The notes under the pieces were generated by a model. That model was not told the DNA's origin and made no database searches. It saw nothing but the letters and a program-made list of their open reading frames with translations. Position numbers and translations under genes: made by a program. 64,000 nucleotides of DNA from the human T2T-CHM13v2.0 reference genome, Homo sapiens. The stretch is taken from NCBI RefSeq assembly GCF_009914755.1, contig NC_060944.1; one strand, given 5' to 3'. How positions within the stretch are numbered: position 1 is the first letter of the stretch; every line of letters starts with the position of its first letter. Shown one piece after another: positions 34,297 through 47,390 of this stretch.

Positions 34297-35554
34297 AACT
34301 CATATAAGAACTTAGCTGTTGGAATAGTCTTGTAATGTCCTATGATTCTTCCTTCTACACCGTGGTCAATACTTTCTTCAGAAGCTAAAGGGGGACAAGC
34401 ACAGAGAATCATTTGCTACTATTTACCGAACTTGGAAGTATTTAATTTCCAGTGCTGATAATGTTTCACTGTCATCCCTTTTGAATACTGTTTGTGTCAT
34501 AGTTTCATGTTTGTATATTTTTCTCCATTTCTTCATTTCTCTATTAGAGTATTACTATACTTTAGGCATAAAAAATATCTGGGCAGAGGGAACCAACCAT
34601 CCCAAATTTACACAGAAAGATTTAATTCTTTGGTGTTATTATATCCATCCTCACCAAAATGAAGCTTAACGCCAAAATATAGAAGTAAGAAGAAGAAGGA
34701 AATCACAGTATAGTCTGTGGGTTAAATTAATTTTGTCACAAGAATTCATTTGGAAGATGCTTCTCATATATCTACAGAGTTGACCAAATCCCCTCCCAGT
34801 GACCTTCCATTTAGTTGGAATATCTAAGCAGACATAAATAGTAACATCAGGGCACTTCAGAATCTTCATCCGATTTATATCTTCATAGGTCCATGTTTCT
34901 ATTTTCAAATGTCCTTTATTTCAAAGCAGCATGTCACTAAAAAAAAGAAATGGGCAATCATCATTCCTCAAAAGATACGTGCATTTGGTTGGGCAAAATC
35001 ATCCAGGCTACCAGTTGGATAATAAAAGTCGAAATGTACTATTTGATTTTTTCCTATGTTTCCAAGCAAGTATTTCTCACCAGACACTGCCCCCATCATA
35101 TCCCCTTTCCTCTTCTCGAATTAGCTGGTTTTCTTAGTGACAATCTGAACTCATGAGGTTGAATTCACCATTGCTTACTTCCTGGTAGTCCATAAAAAGT
35201 ACCCTAGAGAAGTAAGAGCCCACAGGGATAGAGTTTGCACAATAAGATTCCTGAAAGCCTGCATGTTCCTGTAACATTCCATTTACAGAAGACTCCAGCC
35301 AATCCAATGTAATATGCTCTCACCTGAACTTCTCTATCAATTAGATTTTTAGGGAATTACTTTTAACTAAATTTCAGGCTATTTAGGAAATAAGTTGTAC
35401 ATAAGCAATACTTATTCTAATGTGATAAAATTATCTACACACAGTCAAAGCAACGTGTCAATCTGTAGAAACTAAATCAAACAGTTTGTGGTATAGTCTA
35501 AAGATAAAGCAAGTGGTCTACCCTCTTCTCAAGTGGTTCTCCTGGCACTGTGTA

Positions 35555-35725
35555 AACCAGTCCCCAAAATTTAATGTGTATAAAAACTTCCTGGAGATCT
35601 TGTTAAAATGAAGATTTTAACTGATTCAATAGATCTGGGGTAGACTCCAAGATTCTACGTTTCTAAGAAGGTCCCAGGCAATGCTGATGCTGCTTGTACA
35701 TGGACCATATTTTGAGTAGCAAGGA
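35555..35725. mobile_element. MER5-family DNA transposon
   Basis: CCTGGAGATCTTGTTAAAATG...GCTGATGCTGCT...GGACCATATTTTGAGTAGCAAGG. Confidence 0.65.
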
Positions 35726-35806
35726 TGTGGTGACAGGATCATATTTATGGGAGAAGAGAGGCCAGGGTTGTTAAGTGCCTTCAGATAAGGATTTCAACAC
35801 ACGTAA

Positions 35807-35917
<111 letters not shown>

Positions 35918-37715
35918 AGCAGCAAACCCACAAAGCATCAAAAGACTCACTCACAAACTTCTGAACACAAACTCCATGGATGAAAGCTGTTTATTTTGTT
36001 TCCTTTATGTGTAAACAAGATGATATCTGAAACCAGAGAGACTTGGAATGTCTGACTGACTTCTATTTAACAGCTTGAGTATTGCATTTCCTTGGCCAAA
36101 CAAAAATAGCTACAAATCCACAAAAATTTACTATTCCAGTAAGGCAGAGTCCAACCATTGATAATACAACTTAAACATGTTTGCTATAAAATACCATCAC
36201 AAGTAAATGAGCTTGGTGTGAACAACTCTCCTTTGTGATGCCTTAGGACATGTTTGAACTGCAGCAAAAAACAAAAACAAAAAACAGTGCATTAGCAATT
36301 TCATAGCAAGTGCATGCACTAGGAAAAGAAAACTCTGTCTACAAGTTTATTAGCAGAAGTGGTGGTCTGCTAGACAAATAATTTTGCAAAATTTTTCTAC
36401 ATCTAAGTTACCTCATCAGTAAGTGCCATGTCTCTACCATGCCATCAGAGGCTAATTTCCTGTAAAAGTTGTGGAAATTGTTAGAACAATAGAAAAATAG
36501 AGCAGTGTATGTGTGCCAAAACTCATCATTACTCAAAGGAGAACTGTGTTAGGCACATTTAAGAAAGTTTACATCTGACATTGCTTTATAGGAATTGTTT
36601 CTGCAGATTCCGGATATTATAATTCACACCATAAAGATTGTGAAGTGGTTATTGGCAAACGTTTGTAAATGTGACCATGTATAAAGTATTTATACTCTTT
36701 AATTCACACTGTTAGAGAGCAAAATCATCTAAGTATTGCCACATGACAAGATTAGTAAACAGGAATACTAGAACTATGTTTGCATGATACACAAGCACCA
36801 ATAAAGACTAATCCATACACAGTTAACCTAATGCCAAATAAATACTGGTTAAATAAATGTATGGCACAGAATATAATTTGACTATCAAGACTTTTAGCAT
36901 AATGAAAAACCCTCTCTCTATATATATATGTGTATATGAATTATGTGGGCATTCTTGATACTTCAAGTTCTAGTTTGAAAAAAATACATAACTAATTTAA
37001 TTTTACACAAAAATATTTATGCAGATTTTCAGAATTTCATATCAGGAAATGACCTTTTTATGTCTGTTAAATATCAAAACAATTTGCTACAGTGTTAATC
37101 TGCATGGTCTTTAAGCCTGCTGTAGTTGAGTTGCAGACAGTGCATGAAAAAGTATTCCGCTGGGAATTGAGCCATGCCACCAAAGCCAAGAGGAGCGCAT
37201 GGAAACCCGGTAGTCTAGAACTAATCAGATTACTGATTTTAGGGCACAGCACCAGATGAATTGTTGTATATGCTTGTAAAAATTGATTCTGTGTGTTCCT
37301 CTGAACAAAGCGGAGAAAATGATGATACCATCAATATTGAAATTAAACTTCCAACTTCTCTAATAAAAAATTAAAACACGCATAACACTCGTCAAGAGTA
37401 TTTGCTCCCAAGACACATTCTAGCAAATGTTTTGCCTTTTTCATATACATGATATCATCGTTATTTTCAAAGGGGGCTTATTAATACCCTCAGCATGTTT
37501 TTCACCCAAATGATGCAAAACATGCAGATTCTAGTTGACTTCAGTTGTAATAGACTTGTTTTTCTCCTATTTATGATTTGAAGTGGATTCTGTAAAATAT
37601 CTCTTGTTCTTAGTTTCCTTATCTGTAAAACAGTGGAGTTAGACTACATATCTTTTGGCACTAACATCTCATGAAAAATTATGGTTAATAAAATATCACC
37701 ACATTTGGATTGCCA
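35918..37715 (+). other. PLCB4: PLCB4 3'UTR (end approximate)
   Basis: AT-rich, repeat-free stretch after the stop codons. AATAAA at 36800, 36837, 36852, 37362 and 37687. Confidence 0.7.
37687..37692 (+). terminator. Probable distal polyadenylation signal (AATAAA) of PLCB4
   Basis: Last AATAAA of the repeat-free UTR block, with TGTA motifs upstream (e.g. 37624) and CA dinucleotides downstream. Confidence 0.6.
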
Positions 37716-38944
37716 ATTTTCAAAGATTCTGAGTGGCTTCTCATCATCAAATCAAATCAAATCCAAGAGCTCAACTATGCTCACCATTCTGTAACACTTG
37801 ACTGAATTCATCACTTGCCTCCTCTTGTTTCTGCTTTGGAGAGGTACTACTAGTTTTTCCATTTTTCTTATTTCTTCCCTCTTTTCATCCTCCTAGGCCA
37901 CCATAAGCATTTATATTTTCCAGTGTTATACATGGAACCAGTTTGTTTTTCTTTGATCCAGGTTACTTTTAGTATTTGAGACATCATACCATTAATCCAT
38001 TGTAGTAGGATTAAAATGTACACACAACTCAAATGTGCAACAAAAGCATGTGTTACCTGCTATTGTCAGTTCATATTGCACTCAAACCTTGCATTATCCC
38101 TTATTATGAAGAAAAATTAATAGCCAATTAAAGTAACTCAGTGTCTTCCAGTTTTGTTTTTTTTTTTTTAAAAAAAAAAAAAACATTTTCAGGGACATGT
38201 TTAGTTACTTGAGAGTCAAATCCCCTGTTAGAGATCCCTCCCCATTCAGGAGATCTTGCTTTTTTCCCCAGATGGCATCTGGGTATGAGGGAAGCTCACG
38301 TGTCCACCTGGCAATTGGTAGGAGCATCTGGTTTCCCCATTGTTGGACAGGTCCTAACTGCACTCTACTGCAGCTTTGCAAAGTGGGCCTTCCCACCCCA
38401 GTGGTTCAAAGTCCCTGCTCAGCCAAGTCCTCATTCTGGTATCAGTTTATTCCAGCATTCTTCTGGGATATGCAGAACTTCCAGGTCTTTGGGGGCTGTG
38501 CAGGAACCAAAGATGCTGTCTCAGGTCCATCCATCAAAACACTCCTTTGGTCATTTGTCAGCTACTAGGGCCATGTAGTTTCAATACCACAGAGTTTTCT
38601 AAATCCAGGAGGCTTGAAATGTTCCAGAGCAATGCCCCAAAAAGCAAGAAGCAAGCAAGCTTTATACTGCCCCAAGACTATCTGGGTTTCTACAACATCT
38701 TGCTTCTCCCACCATCAGAACTTTTTGTTCTTATTTGGGAGCCAGGGCACTTGAGTCTCAATTCTTACCTTTATTCTTTCTTTCAGCCCAGAAAAGATAC
38801 TCAACTCCCATTCCTGACTGATGGAATACCCATACAGTACTATACTTCTCTTTTCCTAAGTAGGTTGCTCTTCACATTTTGGGGGAATAAAAGGCTTCAT
38901 GGAAAAAGAGCCAGGTTACCAAGATAGGGAAACACATCAGAAAG

Positions 38945-39133
38945 TACCATCTTTCATCAAATTGAAGGCATTATTGATTATAGCTTATACTATTATTTTA
39001 TATACCACACAAAATGAAACACACTGCCAATTAAACTATAATACCCTATCCGGTGATTGTCAAGGCACATCCCAATTTCAGAGATGTTAAAATGTGAAAA
39101 ATACATACATCTTGGAATCCATGAAATATGTAG
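38945..39133. mobile_element. Old MITE-like DNA element with TACC.T.TTTCAT / ATGAAATA.GTA ends; related copy near 57920-58060
   Basis: Imperfect terminal inverted repeats and CATCCCAATTTCAGAGATGTTAAAATGTG core; family not identified. Confidence 0.4.
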
Positions 39134-41452
39134 TATTCCAAAAGTAGTATACAAACTCCTCAACCCTAAGCCTTAAAGAGGAGAGGAAATTTTAAAGATA
39201 GGACACAAGAGAATCATTTTATCACAAAACTGAAACTGGTTTTGTGGAACTGAAAAATGGTTCCAAAAAGGAACCATTCTGCAACTGAGTTTCAAATTTA
39301 GCAATGAGCTTCCTGGAAAGCAATTCAAAAAGGGGAAGAAATCTATCTTTCACCGTCTTTATTTGAAGAATCTTGTTTCCTTTAGCTGTTTCTTTCAATC
39401 ACATGCCTTTGATTTCTACTTCTTTGCATGTAATTCTCGAATCTATAATTCTAGCCTTTACCTTTCTTTCCCGAAGCTCTGACTCTCCCTCTCAGATTGT
39501 CAATAGTTAAATAGGCGGCCATGTGCACATTGTATGTGATTAATTAAAAAAAATAGAGACTCTTTCTCCATCTGTCCTCCCCACATATTTTAATAGTCCA
39601 TAAGCAGTGCTAAACCTTGTGGCCATCTTTTTCTGCTCCATCTCATTTCCTCCAGCACCCAATCTGTTCATAAAACTTATGAATTCTGTCCTGTCTTGGA
39701 AACTTTCTTCTCCTTCCTTATAACTCAACGTTCAGAATTTTAAACTTGCTGTTCAATTTCTTTGCCCTCCAAATCCCTTTTACACAGAGATTAATCTTCC
39801 CAAATGACACCTGCAATCATATTACCATTCTGCTTGTAAATGCAGAATTCCTGTCTACTGCCTAAAGAATAATGTTGAAATTAGTGATAACAGCATTCAT
39901 TTTCTGCCCCCAACATGCCTACTCATTTTAGTCAATATGAATTTATCACTAGTCTCTGTTCACATACACATAGTACACATCTTTTCTAGCCACATTACAT
40001 AATAATGTTCTATTAAGTCTTGAAAAGCAACTTCCAAAAATGCCATTTCTGAAAAGTTCTCTCATTCTCCCAAGCAAGAAGTAACCTGCCCTTTTTCATT
40101 TATCCATTTATACTTTAAAAGCTATTTAAGCATAAGACTTTTCCACCAGTCCTGACTAATTTCTTTTCAGGCTTTGTTCAGTTGCTCTTCAAAGAAGAGG
40201 TAGTCACTAGATATCGAATTACTAAGTTATTTTCTATGAAGTAAAATAACCATCTGTATAGACTCTTGGGCAGGAAATGCCTTTGAAAACTTAATGAAAA
40301 CCTAAAAGAAGCTTTTTTGCAAAGTGTCTTTTCAGTTCCAAGAAAAATAATTTTTCTCAATACTTATTGTTAGCATACTTTTAAAACAGTGCAATGATCA
40401 CAGTGGCCATCACGGATCTAACAGTGTGGATCCATCAACATTAAGAGATTATGGAGAGTGAAGAAGGAATACCCCTATTATTTTATTGCTGAGGTTATCT
40501 TAGGGACGCCTCGTTCAAAACTCTAGCTTCTCCTTCTTCATCACTTGTGCAAATCTAACAGAAGGCCACACATTTCTACAACTCTTCTTTGATGCTTGAC
40601 GTTGAACGGAATCTCAAGCACATATTTTAATTGCATCTTTAATATCATAATAAATCTGGTGATACCTCTGGGATGAATATTTATGAGCCATCTTCTTTAA
40701 TAATATTTTGTGGAAAACGTTCTGCTCCATAGGTTAGAATAATGAAAAAATATTAGGCGGGTGGGGGGAGTAGGGAGATGGTTAAAATAGCAGCATCATT
40801 GCTTTTACATTAAAAAATTGGTGTCTACACTGTACTTATCGTGATAAATGATGCTGTGCCTTTTCCACTCCTTTCCTCTCCTAGCATTACCTTCTTGGAA
40901 GTTCAGGGTAAGGGGCAATTTCTGAAGTACTTCATCCTGGAAATTTTTGAGTGTCCAGCACAATAAAATTAGGAAAAATTTCCAAGGAAGGCCAATTTAA
41001 TATTGTATACCTAATCACTTGCATCAGGACTCAATAGCTTTAGATGAATCAGAATGTACCAAAAACAAAACAGACAGAAAAAGGATTTGACCATCTGTCA
41101 TTTCGGAACTTTGATATCATATAATGTGAATGAGGAAATGTTATACTGATCCATCAAAATTGTTTACCCTTTTCAAGCAATTCATGGATTTTCTCAAAAT
41201 TCACATGCAGCTTTTAACACTTCTATCTTTTGTTTTTCCTTAGACAAATCTTGGTATTTTGTTAGGGTGTGGTATTTGTTACAGCACAGCATATTGAACC
41301 CTACAGACTGTACCCCTGTATTATGAATTCACTTCTACTACATCAAGTAGCCATATAAATGGTTATATTAGACATTTCTTCAGCATTGAACTAACTTTAT
41401 TTGTTCATGGATTAAATATTTATTGGAAAACCACTCTTAACCTCTCTACCCT

Positions 41453-41941
41453 TGTAACCCAGTTCCAACTCATTCTGCTCACCACACAACAGCCAGTAAG
41501 TAGAGAGACAAGGAGTTGGAACAAGGAAGGTGACTTTAGTTCAAAGAGCCAGAAAACTGAGAAGATGGTGGACTAGCGTCCTAAAGTACCATCTTTGGTC
41601 AGTACTCATTTCAGACTCTTTATGTTAAGGGTGGTGGGAAGAGGAGGAGTTGGGATCAAGAGGTGACTGACAACTGCAGACATTTGAGTGCCAACAAGGG
41701 TCTGAGGAGGTTGGAAACTTCTTTGTCTTTGTCTTTAGCCAAGTCACAATGTTCCTATAAATCTTTAACAAAACATAGTTGCTTACATACTCTCTCTTTA
41801 ATCCCAGAGTACAAATACAAAATGGCTATTTTTGTATTTTATCTGTGTGCCCAAATTAGCCTAGCCTATGTGCAGGAACAGGAAAAGGCCCCTTAAACAA
41901 AAATGGGGTCAGTTATGTTCTTTTAGTGTTTCACTGTTACA
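41453..41941 (-). mobile_element. Solo ERV1 LTR (MER31/MER67-like)
   Basis: TGTAAC...GTTACA termini; near-TSD CCCT/CACT; minus strand starts TGTAACAGTGAAA...AACTGACCCCATTTT. Confidence 0.65.
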
Positions 41942-41951
41942 CACTTCCAAC

Positions 41952-42258
41952 TTTTTCTCTTTTCTTTTTTTTTTTTTTGAGACAGAGTGACTCTGTCGCC
42001 CAGGCTGGAGTGCAGTGGCACTGTGTCGGCTCACTGCAACCTCCGTCTCCTGGGTTCAAGTGATCCTCCTGCCTCAACCTCCTGAGTAGCTAGGATTACA
42101 GGCACGCACCACCATGCCTGGCTAATTTTTGTATTTTTAGTGGAGATGGGGTTTCACCATGTTGACCAGGCTGGTCTCAAACTCCTGACCTCAGGCAATC
42201 TGCCTGCCTCGGCCTCCCAAAGTACTGGGATTACAGGCATGAGCCACCGTATCCAGCC
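41952..42258 (-). mobile_element. Alu (AluS), antisense
   Basis: Poly-T tail, full dimer. Confidence 0.95.
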
Positions 42259-42364
42259 CTTCAACTTGTTTTTTTACCAGTAATGCACTCTATTTTGAAA
42301 ACTTATCAACAGTTTTAGCTTTAGGCGATATTCATAAGGTAGATGGGTGGCATTAATGGCCCCA

Positions 42365-42581
42365 ATTTTTTATGCACAAAATTATTTAGAACAGTGTATA
42401 AAATTACCCTGAGGCTATGTGTATACAGTGTAATGACACATAAATATATTTTGTGTTTGGACTTGGATCCCATCCCCAAGATATCTTATTATGTATATGC
42501 AGATATTCCAAAATCTAAAAACAACCGAAATCTGAAACACTTCTGGTCCCAAGCATTTTGGATAAGGAACACTCAAGCTGT
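42365..42581. mobile_element. Tigger4/MER46-type DNA transposon fragment
   Basis: AAATCTGAAACACTTCTGGTCCCAAGCATTTTGGATAAGG..ACTCAA.CTGTA terminus. Confidence 0.75.
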
Positions 42582-42629
42582 AGCAGCAAACTGGACACGA
42601 GTGGAGGCACATTTTTGTTTCTTCACTTT

Positions 42630-42891
42630 AAGTCTCTGACACTGCCGTGAGAGCACATGAGAAGGCTGGCCTGCTGGCGGGTATGCGCGACTTGCAGAGA
42701 GTGGAGTTATCTCGTTCATTTTACCAGCTGACAATAGATGTGTGAGCCTGCAGCTGAGATCAGCCATGCCTTTCCCAGAGCCGTGGGAACACCCAGCCAA
42801 CCTATAACCATATGAGAAATAGGAAATGGATGTTGATTTGAGCCACTGAGTTTTGATATTTTTTGTTATGTGGCCATAACTAACTGATACA
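42630..42891 (+). mobile_element. MLT1-family LTR 3' part
   Basis: AGCCACTGAGTTTTG...TTGTTATGTGGCCATAACTAACTGATACA. Confidence 0.6.
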
Positions 42892-43140
42892 GCCAAGCTC
42901 TGGGAACAGGAAGATGATAAAACAGTCTCATTTCAAAGTCCCAGAGACTGCAGCTTTCAAAAGCCACTGGAATCACCTACAGGCACGGAACATGGTTTTC
43001 TCAGGGAGTGATTCCAGCTGCTAAGCCTCATGTTTGATGTCTCAGGTTTCTTTTTATTTGTAACCTTCTGAGTGTCTGCTGTTCACTTCCTCTAAGCTGG
43101 ACTGCTGATGATTTCAACTAACTTTGTCATTTGACAAACA

Positions 43141-43235
43141 CCTCCTCCTCCTCATCCTCCTCCCCCTCCTTCTTCTTCCTCCTCCTCCTACTCCTTCTTC
43201 TTCTTTCTTCTTTGACTTTCTCCCTCCCCCTCCCT
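43141..43235 (+). repeat. (TCC)n/(TTC)n pyrimidine-rich low-complexity tract
   Basis: Directly visible. Confidence 0.9.
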
Positions 43236-43737
43236 GTCTTTTCATTTTTTTGGTTTGCTTCTAAACCTTCTCTCTTTTTCCTTTGGGCTCCCTGGTCACT
43301 CAAATGACCTCCTGCCACAGTCTTGGATGCTAATATTAAGTAGCTGCTTTCGGACTGGTCTGTTTGAGTTATGGGTCCTAAAATTGCAGATAAACGGGGA
43401 ATTACTTTACCACATTACTTTGTCCAATTGCATAAAATATGGGACACAGATTTTTTAAATGCAATAGTCTAGCAATGGAAATATATGGTATTGAGTAGTT
43501 AGACTGATTTTAAAGCAAAATTCTTAAAAGAAAAATATAGGAGCATATATTAGGTATTAATAAGAGGAATGTATTTAAATATATTTCGAATAATTTAAAA
43601 GTATATTATGCTAAATAATATATGCTGAAATAAAATTCAGCAAAGTAAAAATATTTTCTAAGGCTTGGAAGTCTATTAAGCTAAACGTCTGCCAATCTTA
43701 TGTCCCAGCAATTACACTCTAAGAGTAATGAGTGTAA

Positions 43738-43932
43738 GCCAGACATGGTGATACACACCTGCAGTCCAAGCTACTTGGGAGGCTGACAATATAATTCAAG
43801 GCTATGCCTCCTCTTTAATCCCAGAGTACAAAGTAGTGTTCTATGATCGCACCCAAGAATAGCTACCACACCCCAGCGTGCAATACGTAACGAGACCCCA
43901 TCTTAAAAAAGAAGAAGAAAAAAGAAAAAAAG
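43738..43932 (+). mobile_element. FAM-type Alu monomer containing a ~29-nt foreign insert
   Basis: TTCAAGGCT..GTAGTG..CTATGATCGC..GAATAGC signature of FAM; A/GAA tail. Confidence 0.7.
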
Positions 43933-44192
43933 AAATGAGTGTATTGTGTATGTGTTCATCAAAAAGCATGTTCTTTATTCATAATAATAAAAAGCTAGAA
44001 ACAAATCAGATGTGTACCAATAGGAGGATGCATTGATGAAATGTAGTATATTCACAGGGTAGAACACATGAAAGTACTTACCTTATGATTCCACATACAT
44101 GAAGATCAAGGAAAGGCAATGCTAATCTTGAAGGAAGTCAGAGTAGTGGTCCTCTCTGAAAAAACCTTCCAGGATGATGGTGATGGTCTATG

Positions 44193-44691
44193 CAAGTGGT
44201 TCTCGAAGTGTGTATCAAGGATCCCTTGGCAAGCCATTGTGTCCCCCAAGAGACTGTCAGAGGGTCTGTGTAGTCCTCTTGTTTCCAAATCCGTCTCTGT
44301 GGGAGGCCAGATTTCTTCATATACTGCAGTGAAAATGACATATCACAACAGACCGAATGAAGAAAAAGACATTAGAACTCAGATGACTTCTGTAAAGCCA
44401 TACGTTAAAGACATTTGCAACAATGTAAAACAATGCCACTCCTCCCACCAACTTTTAGAAAATACAGTTATGTTTCACAAAAAAGTTATTGTAATAGTAC
44501 AATATTGGTTATATATTAACAAGTGACAGTTTTGTTATTTTTATTGAATTGAGAAATATTTTGAAATTCCTGTTTCAAATTTTTAACATAGTAATGCTTA
44601 CAGATATAATTCACATAAACAAACTCTGAGTTTTTTAAAAATATTAAGAGTGTTAAGGAATCCCTGAGGCCAAAGATTTTGAGAACTGCTG
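44193..44691. mobile_element. hAT-Charlie DNA transposon nested in old L1M sequence
   Basis: CAAGTGGTTCTCGAAG ... TTTGAGAACTGCTG termini with GTCTAT flanks. Confidence 0.55.
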
Positions 44692-45439
44692 GTCTATAAC
44701 TTACGCTGCGTGGAGGTTACATGGGTGTTTATACAGGTAAACATTGATCAGGGAATCAGGGAATACACCTAAGATTTGTGTCTTCCATTGCATGTATAAT
44801 TCTCAATTAAACCCATGTTTTAAAAATATAGCAATAGATATATGTTCATGGTATAAAGAGAATGGGGGGAATGAAATATAATTTAGTATACAAAAATACA
44901 TATACACATTCAGAAGACCAATAGGGATGATGCCAAAATAACAAAGTTTACTTCTGAAGCCTGTTGCCTAGTGGAAACCATCGAAGAGGCATAATTACTC
45001 AGAAGAGTTTTGAGCATAAAATTAATTCAGCAGGCTTTGCTGCTCCACAAGGAAACTATTCTACTCCTCTCAAAAGCCTGTGCTGAGTGAGGGAGGCAGA
45101 GTTGGATGTGGAATAGACTCTCTTTATTCTTCCCTTCTAGCATTTTCCATGCCAACTCTCCAAGTCTGCAACAGAAAATGATTTGAAACAATACAAGAGT
45201 AACTTAAGAGAGAGCCTCTCACAAGGGACAGGAAATGACACACCCGAGAAAAATAGCAGAAATATCCACTTAGGAAAGGTGGCAGCTGTCAGATTAAAGA
45301 GAACCCAGATGATGAATTTGGCATAAATTCTCCCAAGGGGATCTGCAGTAACATTAAATGATAGTGCAAAGCAAAATGGAAATGGGTGCAACTGGGATCA
45401 GCTGAGATAGATGAAACTTTCTACTTGTAGAAGTCAGTG

Positions 45440-45670
45440 TGGCAATTAACAGTCTAATTTGGGATCCCACTGACTACAGCTTAGATCCTAACTCCGCTAT
45501 TCACTAACTGCGGACTTCAGGCATCCTACTTAATGCCGCAGAATTGGAGCTTTCCATCTGTAGAATGGATGTAATGCCACCTACCTCATGGTGCTGCTGT
45601 GAGAATCAAGTTAGCTTTTGAATCATTTAATACATACAGTTCCAGGCATATCCTAAGTGTTCAAAGAGTG
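45440..45670 (+). mobile_element. MIR
   Basis: TTTCCATCTGTAGAATGG...CCTACCTCATGGTGCTGCTGTGAGAATCAA. Confidence 0.6.
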
Positions 45671-45974
45671 GTATTTTGAAGATCATTTGTGGCTGTGTTT
45701 ACCTTTTTAGCTGAGAACTCCTCTTCATCTTAATACATACTCTATAGAAACTCTTTTAGGAATTTTAAAATAATATCATGTCATTATTTTTGCATGATAT
45801 ATAAAGGTATGATTTTAAATATTTGGAAAAATGTATTAGATTGATATACTTTTAATAATTGGTTAGCAAAGTTCATTTCAATAAGATGTTTAATAGAGTA
45901 ATATTCATTAGATACCTCTGAAGAGACAAATTCCAACTTTTTCAGTATACCAAGCTTTAAAGGAAGATAATACA

Positions 45975-46945
45975 TTTTATTTATTCATTTATCAGTTAAT
46001 AGATATTTGGGTTGTTTCTGATTTGGGGCTATTATGAATAATGTTGCTATGAACATTCACATACAAGTTTCTGTGTGGATGTATGTTTTCTTTTCTCTTG
46101 GGTATATACCTAGGAGTAGAATTGCTGGGTCACATGGTAACTCTACGTTTAACTCTTTGAAGAACTGCCAGACTGTCTCCCAAAGTGGCTGCGTCATTTC
46201 ACACTTCCACCAGCAGTGTATGAAGATTCTGAGTTCTCTACATCTTTGTCAATACTTATTACCTTTTTTATTATAGTCATCCTAGTGTGTGTGTCGTTGG
46301 TATCTTATTATGGTTTCGACTTTCACTTCCCTGATCCTTAATGGTATTAAGCATCTTTTCATGTGCTTATTGGCAAGTTGTATATCTTTTTTTGTAGAAA
46401 TATATATCTCAGAACCTTTGCTCATTTTAAATTGTGTTGTCTTTTTATTACTGAGTTGTAGGAGTTCTTTACACATTTTAGATACTAGTCCTTTTTCAGA
46501 TATATAATTTGCAAAATTTTTCTCTCATTCTGTGGGTTGCCTTTTCACCTTCTTCATGGTGTCTTTTGAAACACAAAAATTTAAATTTTGATGAAGTTCA
46601 ATTTGTCTATTTTTCTCTTTTGTTGCTTGTGCTCTTGGTGTCATATTTAAGAAACCATTGCTTCATCCATGGTCACTGAGATTTATGCCTGCTTTCTTTT
46701 AAGAGTTGTATAGTTTAATCTCTTACATGTAGGTCTTTGATCCGTTATGAATTCTTTTTATATCTACTGTAAGGGTGAATGCCATTCTTTTGTATATGGA
46801 TAGCTAGTTGTCCCAGAACCATTTGTTTTTGTTTTTGTTTTTACATAAGTTCTAGAGATCTACCGAGCCTCTGTTGAAAAAACTTTTTCTCAATCAAATT
46901 GTCTTGGCATCCTTGTCAAATATCAATGGATTACAAATGTGGAGG
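45975..46945 (-). mobile_element. Old L1M ORF2 3' region, antisense
   Basis: Minus ORF 46282..46476 (KELLQLSNKKT...DIQLANKHMKRC) is L1 ORF2 C-terminal homology. Confidence 0.85.
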
Positions 46946-47390
46946 TAAACTCACTGTTAAACTCCCATCATGTCCATTGGCATTGCTTAAGATGTGGATG
47001 ACCTTCACCTAGCCAAATCCCATGTGTCTCTTCTACATGCTCATCAAAACCTCTCTGCAATGTTTGACACAGTCAACCATTGCCCCATTCTTGAAACACT
47101 CGCTTGTCTTTGTCTTCATGACCTCAAACTATGTGGAGGCACAAACTTCCCATGCTCCAGTCCCACCTTATCTAACAAAATGCTTTCTTTTCTTCCTTTC
47201 ACGAGAAAAGATGGATCTCAGGAATCTTTTGTCTATGATGCTTCCATCCCATGACACCCTTCCAAATTCTTCCCTACTCACAATGGAATGCAGAATTTAT
47301 GACCCAGACCACGTCTGTTAGCCATTAGTTCTAGACTTTTGTCTTTTACACACTTATTCTTATCACCTCATGTAGATTGCAAGTTCACAT

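Noticed and set aside
38197-38927. Overlapping 97-183 aa ORFs downstream of PLCB4
   Set aside because: No recognisable homology or splice structure; consistent with chance in a locally GC-richer patch.
43127-43318. Highly charged (RRRR/EEEE) minus-strand ORF
   Set aside because: Product of the (TCC)/(TTC) low-complexity tract.
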